Source: Parcubacteria group bacterium (GTDB taxonomy: Bacteria; Patescibacteriota; Minisyncoccia; Phycocordibacterales; UBA2135). From it: a stretch of DNA of 64,000 nt. Shown here in pieces: positions 9,866 through 17,735 of this stretch. The notes beneath the pieces were generated by a model that did not search any database, had not been told where the DNA came from, and saw only the letters and a list, made by a program, of their open reading frames with translations. A program made the position numbers and the translations under genes. The DNA lies in NCBI GenBank assembly GCA_016176785.1, contig JACOWN010000005.1:1202-65201 (forward strand), in the 5' to 3' direction. The first letter of the stretch is position 1; every line of letters begins with the position of its first letter.

Positions 9866-9950
9866 GGTTTCATTCTAGCATCCGATAATAAAAGAGAAAG
9901 GCGCGTGAACCGAGGGTTCACGCGCCGTGGGCCTCTTCGCCGGCGGCGTA

Positions 9951-10982
9951 TCAGTCGCCGACGAGAAGCCAGGTATCGTTGCCGCGTGGGCCGAGGAAGC
10001 ACGCGCGGCCGCGGATCTCCTTCCCTTCCTCGGTGAAAGAGACGCTTCGGCGGAACGTCGTTCCCCATCCGGGGAAAGACGGGCACGCCGTCGCAGGGAA
10101 GACGGTGACCCGCTCCCCGCACTGCTGTGCGCGGAGCGTCCCCGGCCTCCCTTCCACATCCGCCGTCCGCGCGACGACGCGGCAGGAGCCGCTCGCGCCG
10201 ACATCTTTCCAGCCGGCGGCGGGGCTGGCCAACGGAGATGGTTGCTCCTTTTTCTCCGTCTTCCCCGCGTGAGGCGGAGGAGCCGGCTTCGGCCGCGGAT
10301 GCGGCACGACCTTCCCCTGCTGCTCCGCGTGAGGCGGCGGAGATGGCGTCAGGGACGGCGCTTCCTGACGCGTGAGCGGGACGGTGACGCCCTGCGCGAG
10401 CGTTTTGTCCTTATCGTAGCTCCCGAGGAGCCACGACAGGAAAAACGACAGGGCGACAAGGCCGATGATGAAAGCGGCAGAAAACACCACCTCCAGCATC
10501 CGGCGGCGCGAACGAGCCGCGCCGCCACTGCCGGTTCCGACCGGAGCGGGACCTTGCGGAGGCGGATTATTTCCTCCGCCCCCAGACGGTCGGAGGAACG
10601 AGGGTACCTTCGCCGGCTTCGGCGCTTCCGTGCCGCTTGCCGCCGGAGACGAAGCGGTGGGAGAAACGGCCGGTTTCTCTACCGGCGTCTCTTCCGCACC
10701 AACCCCGACGATTGACTTCGGGGCCGCCGTCGCCTCTTCCTTCTTCTCATCCTCCTCCTGCGCTTCCTCCTTCTGCACCGCACCGTCTTTGCCGACGGTG
10801 AAGCGGCGAGGTTTCGGAACGGTGACGCTCTCGCTCGCGGCATTCTTTGCCGCGGGCTCGCCCCGCAACTTCTGGAAGTCAGCCGCACTCACAAACTGAC
10901 CCCCTTTCTTCTGGCCGGCGGCCCACACGAGCGCGCCGACCTTGTTCCGCCTCACCTGAGGCGGAAGAACTTCGTCACACAT
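9951..10982 (-). CDS. Pro/Ala/Gly-rich low-complexity membrane protein (single TM, Cys-containing C-terminal domain)
   Basis: Start set at MCDEV (codon 10980-10982), which is preceded by GGAGGA 6 nt upstream. The track ORF continues to 11048. Contains one TM helix (VVFSAAFIIGLVALSFFLSWLL). The N-terminal half is PAPKP/SPPP-rich. Confidence 0.4.
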   Translation of the reverse strand: MCDEVLPPQVRRNKVGALVWAAGQKKGGQFVSAADFQKLRGEPAAKNAASESVTVPKPRRFTVGKDGAVQKEEAQEEDEKKEEATAAPKSIVGVGAEETPVEKPAVSPTASSPAASGTEAPKPAKVPSFLRPSGGGGNNPPPQGPAPVGTGSGGAARSRRRMLEVVFSAAFIIGLVALSFFLSWLLGSYDKDKTLAQGVTVPLTRQEAPSLTPSPPPHAEQQGKVVPHPRPKPAPPPHAGKTEKKEQPSPLASPAAGWKDVGASGSCRVVARTADVEGRPGTLRAQQCGERVTVFPATACPSFPGWGTTFRRSVSFTEEGKEIRGRACFLGPRGNDTWLLVGD

Positions 10983-10996
10983 CGCGTCTCCTCCGT

Positions 10997-11557
10997 TCAG
11001 TTTGCGGCCGTGTCGGCGACCTGCCATGACCCGTCCGGGGCCTGGCACGCCATCGCTTCAATCGTCACCCGTTCGGATGACGTCGCGCCGGTCCGTCCCA
11101 CAAAAAATCCTTTCGAGTGGACGCGCTTACACGCGCGCCCGTCGGAGGAGACGCCGGCCTGAACGGCCTGCGCCGCGCCGCGGGAGCCGGTCTCGGTATT
11201 GCTCCACGCGATCGGAGACCCGACCGGCGCGGCGAACGCTCGCTCGGTCGCCGCCGCCATCGCGGCGCGATCGGCGCGGTCAAGCGACGAGCCGACCTCG
11301 CCGCCGAGGAACGCTCCGATGAGCGTCCCCGCGGCGACGGCGACGAGCTTCCCTTTGCCGCCGCCAATGGCGGAGGCGCCCCACGCGCCGAGCGCGGCGC
11401 CGCCCACGGTGCCGATGCCCTGCTTGGGGCCGCCGAACCCGAACCAGCCCCGCTGGTCCGAGCCCGACACCGGCGTACTGTTCCCCCCGCCGATCGTGAT
11501 GCCACAACCGGCAAGAAGAAGCGCCGCGATGAACACGGCAAAAACCTTCTTCTTCAT
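10997..11557 (-). CDS. Lipoprotein with glycine-zipper domain (17-kDa-antigen/SlyB-like)
   Basis: Classic lipobox LLAGC. Gly-zipper run GAALGAWGASAIGGGKGKLVAVAAGTLIGAFLGGEVG. C-terminal small domain with 2 Cys. Confidence 0.6.
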   Translation of the reverse strand: MKKKVFAVFIAALLLAGCGITIGGGNSTPVSGSDQRGWFGFGGPKQGIGTVGGAALGAWGASAIGGGKGKLVAVAAGTLIGAFLGGEVGSSLDRADRAAMAAATERAFAAPVGSPIAWSNTETGSRGAAQAVQAGVSSDGRACKRVHSKGFFVGRTGATSSERVTIEAMACQAPDGSWQVADTAAN

Positions 11558-11923
11558 CTTTTCTTTCCTTTCTGCTTCGCCCCCCGCGGGGGCGGTTTCA
11601 ACGAGTTAAAAACTCCGTTGCCTTTATATCATAAAACATTAGAAAAGTCAACACACCGCGTTCGTCCGCCGTCTTTCAAGAGCGCACCGGAGTTGCGCCT
11701 CGTACCTGCCGCGCGCGACAAGAGAGCCACTCGCATAATTGAGTGACGAAACGCACAAATCGGGAACGGTCGTTCACCGTTCCGCCGCGCTCGCGCATGC
11801 CGATGCTTCGCCTTTCACGACACAAACGGAAGACACCATTCTTTCCGCGAAGCGCAAGATTGTTTCAAAAACATAAAATGTTATATTCATATCATACGCG
11901 CGCTCATAGACAGAAATCATCCC

Positions 11924-13606
11924 ATGCCCTCCTTTGACGAAACAAAACAGGAAGAAAAACTTGCCGAACTTCGCGGCGAGGAAGCGGAGAGTTTGGCAAA
12001 AATACTTTCCGAAAAATACAATGTCCCCTACATTGACCTCGCAACCGTCTCAATAGAAAGCGACGCGCTCCGCAATGTTGACGAAGAAACGGCTCGGCGC
12101 GCGCTCATTGCGCCGTTCCAGATCACCGGCAAAGAACTCCATGTCGCGACGGCAACGCCCGAAAAAGACGAAACGACGCGGGCGCTTGAAGAGCTCAGGC
12201 GCGGAGGGTTTACGCTCCATTTATACCTTGCGTCCAAGCGCGGCCTTGAACGCGTCTGGGAACGCTACCAAGAAGTGGCGCGCGCAACGGCGACGGAGGC
12301 GGGCGTTCTGGACGTTTCAAGCGAGCAGGTTGACGCGTTCACCAAACGGATCAAGGCGCTTTCCGACGTCGTCGCCGCGATAGAAGAAGTGCTGGCGGGC
12401 GGGGAAAAATACGAAACGACGCGCGTGCTTGAAATGCTCGTCGCGGGTGCGCTTGCGACCGAAGCGTCCGATATCCACGTTGAACCGGAAGAAAAAAACG
12501 TTACCGTGCGCTACCGTCTTGACGGCGTCCTCCAGGAATTGACGGCGCTCAACGAGAAAGTGTACACGCTTCTCCTGTCGCGCATCAAGCTGATATCGGG
12601 GCTTAAGTTAAACGTCAAAAACGACGCGCAGAACGGCCGCTTCACCATTAAGATTAAGGATGCCGACGTTGAGGTCCGCACGTCAACGGTTCCCGGCGCG
12701 TACGGCGAGTCCGTCGTGCTCCGCATCCTGAACCCAAAAACGATCGCGGTGCCGTTTGAGGAGCTTGGCATGGAACAGGAGCTCCGGACGATCGTTGAAA
12801 CGGAAATGAGGAAACCGAACGGCATGATATTAAACACCGGCCCGACCGGTTCGGGAAAAACGACGACGCTCTACGCCATTCTCCGAAAGATCAACGCGCC
12901 CGGCATAAAAATCATCACCATTGAGGACCCGATCGAATATCATCTGCCCGGCATTACGCAAACGCAAGTGGATCCCGACGCCGGCTACACCTTTATCCAA
13001 GGAATGCGCTCAGGGCTTCGGCAAGACCCCGATGTCATCATGGTCGGCGAGATCCGCGACAACGACACCGCCGATACGGCTATCCACGCCGCGCTGACCG
13101 GCCACCTTGTCCTCTCAACGCTTCACACCAACAACGCCGCCGGCACCATTCCCCGCCTCATTGACCTCGGCGTAAACCCGTCGCTCATCGGCTCGGCGCT
13201 TTCCGTCGCGCTCGCGCAGCGGCTTTTGCGGCGCTTGTGCGCCGCGTGCAAAAAAGAGGATGCGCCCACGGCGGAAGAGCGCGCGCTCATTGCGGCTGCC
13301 CTGCCGCTGCTTGTCCAAAGGGACCCGTCCCTTGACGGGACGCGTGTGTGGAGAGCGGGCAGCTGCGCCGAATGCAACAACACGGGCTACAAAGGACGCA
13401 TCGGCATCTTTGAAGCGATACGCATGGATGCGAAGATAGAAGAGCTCGCGCGGACGAACCCGAGCGAACGGGAAATTAAAAAAGCGGCCCGTTCGCAAGG
13501 CCTGCTCTTTATGCGCGAGGACGGCATCCTCAAGGTATTGCGCGGAGTGACGTCGTTTGATGAACTGCGGCGCGTGATCGACCTCTCGGCGGAGGATGCG
13601 GCATAA
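11924..13606 (+). CDS. pilB: Type II secretion / type IV pilus assembly ATPase (GspE/PilB family)
   Basis: N1 domain, Walker A GPTGSGKTTTLYA, Asp box, Walker B VIMVGEIRD, His box LVLSTLHTNNAAGT, tetracysteine motif CAACKK...CAECNNTGYKGRIGIFE. No pilC/pilM neighbours (orphan). Confidence 0.9.
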   Translation: MPSFDETKQEEKLAELRGEEAESLAKILSEKYNVPYIDLATVSIESDALRNVDEETARRALIAPFQITGKELHVATATPEKDETTRALEELRRGGFTLHLYLASKRGLERVWERYQEVARATATEAGVLDVSSEQVDAFTKRIKALSDVVAAIEEVLAGGEKYETTRVLEMLVAGALATEASDIHVEPEEKNVTVRYRLDGVLQELTALNEKVYTLLLSRIKLISGLKLNVKNDAQNGRFTIKIKDADVEVRTSTVPGAYGESVVLRILNPKTIAVPFEELGMEQELRTIVETEMRKPNGMILNTGPTGSGKTTTLYAILRKINAPGIKIITIEDPIEYHLPGITQTQVDPDAGYTFIQGMRSGLRQDPDVIMVGEIRDNDTADTAIHAALTGHLVLSTLHTNNAAGTIPRLIDLGVNPSLIGSALSVALAQRLLRRLCAACKKEDAPTAEERALIAAALPLLVQRDPSLDGTRVWRAGSCAECNNTGYKGRIGIFEAIRMDAKIEELARTNPSEREIKKAARSQGLLFMREDGILKVLRGVTSFDELRRVIDLSAEDAA

Positions 13607-13632
13607 GCGAGGGTACGCACCTTTAGAAAAAA

Positions 13633-13805
13633 TTTACGCCCCAAATCTCCAGGCAATCCTTTTAAATCCGCAAGCGGACTTAAAGGTAGGTAGACCTCGA
13701 AGGAACACCCCAGTTGATCCCGCGTGTGCAGAATAACCAGGGTACCCTTGAGAAATGCCCGTGAATCAAAAGGTGACTCGATTGCCTGGAGATTTGGGGC
13801 GTAAA
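13633..13805. repeat. Perfect 26-bp inverted repeat (13633-13658 / 13780-13805) enclosing a 121-nt spacer. Candidate structured ncRNA or MITE-like element.
   Basis: TTTACGCCCCAAATCTCCAGGCAATC ... GATTGCCTGGAGATTTGGGGCGTAAA read directly. The stem can extend inward with a bulge (CTTTT / AAAAG). Lies in the pilB-ruvB intergenic region. Confidence 0.5.
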
Positions 13806-13898
13806 CTGCTCGTTCGCGGGCTTTTCACCCGCGACATCCTTCCCATGATACTCCATCCCACCCGGTAAATCTATCACGCCATAAAGTATCATATAATT

Positions 13899-14918
13899 GT
13901 GAATATGTCAACAATCCGTCCTGAACAGCCCGCACATGACGCTTTTCTTGATACGGTCCTCCGGCCTGTCGCGTGGGACGAATACATAGGCCAGGGGCGG
14001 ATCAAGCAAAATCTCCGCATTCTCCTTTCTGCGGCTCGCGAACGGGGGCAGCCGCCGGAACACATCCTTTTTTACGGCCCGCCAGGCCTCGGAAAAACGA
14101 CGCTCGCGCATCTCGTGGCGCACGAACTCGGCGCAAGCGTCAAGGCGACCTCGGGCCCCGCAATTGAAAAAACCGGCGACCTCGCGTCTCTCCTCACCAA
14201 CCTCTCGCCCGGCGACGTGCTTTTCATAGACGAGATACACCGGCTTCCCAAGGCGGTTGAGGAAGTGCTCTACCCCGCCATGGAGTCGGGAACGCTTGAC
14301 ATCATTCTCGGCAAAGGCCCGTCGGCGCGCATCATTCAGCTTGACCTCCCGCCGTTCACGCTCGTTGCGGCAACGACGCGCATCGCGCTTCTCTCCGCGC
14401 CGCTTCGTTCGCGGTTCAGCGGCGGCACGTTCCGCTTGTCGTTTTACTCGCTTGACGAAACGAAGGAAATCCTGCTGCGGTCCGCCCGCATTCTTAAAAC
14501 GGAGCTTGATGCCGAGGCCTGTCATGAGATCGCGCGGCGGAGCCGCCTCACCCCCCGCACCGCAAACTATCTTTTGAAACGCTGCCGCGATTTTGCGCAG
14601 GTGCATAAACAGCCGCTTTCCGCGAATGTCGCGCGCGACGCGCTTGCGCTGCTTGAAATAGACGAACGCGGCCTCGGCGTGCTTGACAGAGCGTTGCTTG
14701 AAACGATCATTGTGAAATTCGGCGGCGGGCCTGTCGGCTTGGGCACGATCGCCGCGGCGCTCTCGGAGGAGCACGCGACCATTGAGGAGGTCAACGAACC
14801 GTATCTCATGCAGATCGGATTTCTTGAGCGCACGCCGCGCGGCCGCGTCGCGACGGAAGCGGCGTACCGCCATCTTAATGCGAAGCTCCCCGCCTCGGCG
14901 CAGGAAAAATTGCTTTGA
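13899..14918 (+). CDS. ruvB: Holliday junction DNA helicase RuvB
   Basis: AAA+ Walker [14 protein letters not shown], Walker [11 protein letters not shown], sensor motifs, C-terminal winged helix. Whole-length RuvB-like. Confidence 0.93.
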   Translation: MNMSTIRPEQPAHDAFLDTVLRPVAWDEYIGQGRIKQNLRILLSAARERGQPPEHILFYGPPGLGKTTLAHLVAHELGASVKATSGPAIEKTGDLASLLTNLSPGDVLFIDEIHRLPKAVEEVLYPAMESGTLDIILGKGPSARIIQLDLPPFTLVAATTRIALLSAPLRSRFSGGTFRLSFYSLDETKEILLRSARILKTELDAEACHEIARRSRLTPRTANYLLKRCRDFAQVHKQPLSANVARDALALLEIDERGLGVLDRALLETIIVKFGGGPVGLGTIAAALSEEHATIEEVNEPYLMQIGFLERTPRGRVATEAAYRHLNAKLPASAQEKLL

Positions 14919-14949
14919 TGAAAACTGCGCACATAACCGCGAAGGAAGT

Positions 14950-15480
14950 ATGTCGGGACACAACAAATGGTCAAAGGTAAAACATAAAAAAGCCGCCGAG
15001 GACGCGAAAAAAAGCCGTGAGTTCGGCAAGCTTGCGCATGTGATCACCCTTGAAGCGAAACGTTCCGGCGGCGACATGGACGCGCCGCCGCTTCGCGCGG
15101 TCATTGAACGGGCGCGCGCGTTCAACATGCCGCAGAGCAACATTGAGCGCGCGGTCGCGCGCGCCGCGGAAAAAGACGCGGCGTTGCTTGAAACGGTTAC
15201 GTACGAAGCGTACGGCCCCGGCGGCTCGGCGCTCATCATTGAAGGGCTCTCCGACAACAAAAACAGAACCGCCGCCACGGTGAAGCATCTCCTCACAATG
15301 CACGATGCAACGCTTGCGGAACGCGGCGCGGCGTCGTGGGCATTTAAAAAGGAAGACGGCGCATGGGTACCGACGACGACCGTTCCTCTTGCCGGCGACG
15401 ATAAAGAAAAAATGGGGACGCTTATTGAAGCGCTTGAAGATAATGACGATATCCAATCCGTTTACACCAACGCCGTCTGA
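14950..15480 (+). CDS. YebC/PmpR-family DNA-binding regulator (short form, ~176 aa)
   Basis: N-terminus MSGHNKWSKVKHKKAAEDAKK matches the YebC signature (MAGHSKWANIKHRK...). GPGG and C-terminal DDIQSVYTN motifs present. Roughly 60 aa of the central domain seem absent relative to E. coli YebC. Classic yebC-ruvC linkage. Confidence 0.75.
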   Translation: MSGHNKWSKVKHKKAAEDAKKSREFGKLAHVITLEAKRSGGDMDAPPLRAVIERARAFNMPQSNIERAVARAAEKDAALLETVTYEAYGPGGSALIIEGLSDNKNRTAATVKHLLTMHDATLAERGAASWAFKKEDGAWVPTTTVPLAGDDKEKMGTLIEALEDNDDIQSVYTNAV

Positions 15481-15524
15481 ACGGCAAACCGCAAACGGCT
15501 GCGCTGGGAATTAAAATTTTAATC

Positions 15525-16010
15525 ATGAGAATAATCGCCGTAGACCCCGGATTTGACCGCCTTGGCGTCGCAGTGCTTGAATCAAAAGGCAACACGGTGA
15601 CGCTCTGCCATTCTGGATGCATCACCACGCGGCAAGAAGACGAACTTGCGACGCGTCTCCGCGTCATCGGAGACGAAGTTCGCCGTCTCATTAAAACGCA
15701 TAAGCCGGAAGCGCTTGCGATCGAGGCGCTTTTTTTCAACACAAATCAAAAAACCGCGCTTTCGGTCGCCGCCGCGCGCGGCGTCGTGCTGTACGGCGCC
15801 GCCGAGAACGGCCTTCCGGTTTTTGAATATACTCCCGGCGCCGTCAAAGTCGCCGTTACGGGCTATGGACATGCGCCGAAAAATCAGGTGGCGGCAATGG
15901 TGAAACGCCTCGTTGCGATCGACGCGCCCGAACAAAAACTTGACGATGAGTTCGACGCCATCGCCGTCGGGCTTACCCATCTGGCGCATCAAAAAGGGCT
16001 TGCGTCGTAA
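15525..16010 (+). CDS. ruvC: Crossover junction endodeoxyribonuclease RuvC
   Basis: MRIIAVDPGFDRLGVAV (catalytic Asp), EALFF and the DAIAVGLTH acidic residues of the RNase-H-like fold. Confidence 0.88.
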   Translation: MRIIAVDPGFDRLGVAVLESKGNTVTLCHSGCITTRQEDELATRLRVIGDEVRRLIKTHKPEALAIEALFFNTNQKTALSVAAARGVVLYGAAENGLPVFEYTPGAVKVAVTGYGHAPKNQVAAMVKRLVAIDAPEQKLDDEFDAIAVGLTHLAHQKGLAS

Positions 16011-16190
16011 AGCCCGTTCCGTTTTCCACAACATCTTCGCGCGCCCTCTTGCGCAAAAAAAATAATCTGATACAAATAGTTGGTGCGTTTGAACCGCCTC
16101 GCTTTGCGTTACCCGAACGGCGGGAACGACGCGATCGTTTTAGGTCGTCACATTACCACCTTAGGGTTTTCATGCGTACGCAAACCCTCT

Positions 16191-16325
16191 ATGTCACACG
16201 AGTTGTATAACTCCGACGAACACGAGCGGGATATCGTGAATGGAGACGATGAATTCCGCGTTGCCGACGATGAGGAAGAAGACGAGGAAGTGGACACGGG
16301 CGATGATGATGAGGAGAGCGAATGA
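16191..16325 (+). CDS. Hypothetical 44-aa hyper-acidic peptide (MSHELYNSDEHERDIVNGDDEFRVADDEEEDEEVDTGDDDEESE)
   Basis: ATG at 16191 inside the track ORF 16080-16325. No SD. Preceded by hairpin AGGGTTT...AAACCCT and followed by a strong terminator. Could be non-coding. Confidence 0.2.
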   Translation: MSHELYNSDEHERDIVNGDDEFRVADDEEEDEEVDTGDDDEESE

Positions 16326-16337
16326 CGACTGTCCCCA

Positions 16338-16372
16338 AAACACACCCCGCGGATTGCCCGCGGGGTGTGTTT
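16338..16372. terminator. Bidirectional rho-independent terminator hairpin
   Basis: AAACACACCCCGCGG-attgc-CCGCGGGGTGTGTTT perfect 15-bp stem between convergent genes (small ORF + and tyrS -). Confidence 0.7.
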
Positions 16373-16409
16373 GTTTGCGGGGGATCGGCCGCCCCTCGGC
16401 GGAAATATT

Positions 16410-17633
16410 TCAGAGCACCGTAAAAGTGACGAGTGCGCGCTTCCCTATTTTGAGCGTAATGGATTCCGTAACGGGGTGCTTGGCATCGGTTATCTTTTCT
16501 CCCGTTCTAATGTTCCGCACCGCGCCGTCTTTAAGGAGGCGCCTCAGCGCCGATTTGGACGCGGCGAGTTTGTGTTCCATAATGGCATCTTCCAAAGACA
16601 TTCCGCGCGGGATCGCAACCGTCGGAATTGATTCCGGCGTCTCCTTGCGTTGAAAGGCGGCGGAAAAATGTTCGCGCGCCGATTTGGCGCTCGCTTCATT
16701 GTGGTATGTTTTCACGATTTCAAAAGCAAGCTCAAGTTTGGCGTCGCGGGGATTTGCGCCGGCGCGCATGTCGGCGCGTAGCGCTTCTATGTCGGCGAGC
16801 GGCCGTTCGGTTGAGTGCGTGAAAACATCAAGGATCACCTCATCGGGCAACGCCATCGTCTTTCCGAACATGTCGTTCGGCGAGTCGTCGAGCGCGATGA
16901 ACGGCCCCTCGCTTTTACTCATAAGTTTTTTGCCCGTGCGCGGGTCTTCCAGAAGTTTTGTCGTGATAACGAACTTTTCCTTTTCATGATAAATGCGCTG
17001 GAGGTCGCGGCCGACGATCATGTTAAACATTTGGTCGGTGCCGCCGACTTCGGCGTCAACGTCAAGCGCGACGCTGTCGTACCCTTGCATGAGCGGATAA
17101 AAGAACTCATGGACGTATATCGGTTTTTTGTCGCGGAGGCGGCGTTCAAACATGTCGCGTTCAAGCATTTGCTGAACGGTAAAATGGGACGCAAGGTCAA
17201 TGAGGTCGGCGAGCGTAAGCTCCGCAAGCCATGAGCTGTTGTGCGCGATGCGCGCCGGATTTTTTGCATCGGTAAAACTGAGCACTTTGCTTATTTGCGC
17301 TTCCCACGTTTCAATATTCTTCAGAATTTCTTCGGGAGAAAGCCGCCGCCGCGCCGCTTCCTTGTCGGTCGGGTCTCCTATCCGCGCCGTAAAATCGCCG
17401 AAGAGAATAACGATCTCATGACCGAGCCGCCGCAATTTTTCCAACAGGATAAAATTCGTCGCATGCCCGAGATGCAGTTTACTCCCGGTCGGGTCTGCGC
17501 CGATATAAACGCGCAGCCGCTTCCCCGACATAAGGAGCGCCTTAAAAGCATCCTGTGAAGGAAGGATGCCCGCCACGCTCCGCGTCACGGTTTCGTCAAT
17601 GAGTCGCTCGTCTGCGGTTGCGTTCATGCACAT
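16410..17633 (-). CDS. tyrS: Tyrosine--tRNA ligase
   Basis: HIGH-class motif HLGHATNF, KMSKS-type LMSKSEG, anticodon-binding and C-terminal S4-like domain. Confidence 0.92.
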   Translation of the reverse strand: MCMNATADERLIDETVTRSVAGILPSQDAFKALLMSGKRLRVYIGADPTGSKLHLGHATNFILLEKLRRLGHEIVILFGDFTARIGDPTDKEAARRRLSPEEILKNIETWEAQISKVLSFTDAKNPARIAHNSSWLAELTLADLIDLASHFTVQQMLERDMFERRLRDKKPIYVHEFFYPLMQGYDSVALDVDAEVGGTDQMFNMIVGRDLQRIYHEKEKFVITTKLLEDPRTGKKLMSKSEGPFIALDDSPNDMFGKTMALPDEVILDVFTHSTERPLADIEALRADMRAGANPRDAKLELAFEIVKTYHNEASAKSAREHFSAAFQRKETPESIPTVAIPRGMSLEDAIMEHKLAASKSALRRLLKDGAVRNIRTGEKITDAKHPVTESITLKIGKRALVTFTVL

Positions 17634-17735
17634 ACTTTATCATATATTGCCCTCGGTAAGAACCGCGGGAACGCCGATGTGTTTACTTAGATTAGTTTCT
17701 GTGGTACTATCGTACCTACGAACCAAAGGGTTGTT

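Noticed and set aside
9927-10715. 262-aa plus-strand ORF antisense to the proline-rich membrane protein gene
   Set aside because: Arg-rich nonsense composition. It overlaps a better-supported minus-strand gene that has an SD-preceded start.
13680-13892. 70-aa minus-strand ORF inside the 26-bp inverted-repeat element
   Set aside because: It has no RBS or start context and spans the right inverted-repeat arm. It is more likely non-coding.
13908-15296. 462-aa minus-strand ORF overlapping ruvB and the yebC-like gene
   Set aside because: It lies antisense to two genes with strong family signatures. It is Arg/Ala-rich with the low-complexity composition typical of spurious ORFs in 60% GC DNA, and has no motif.
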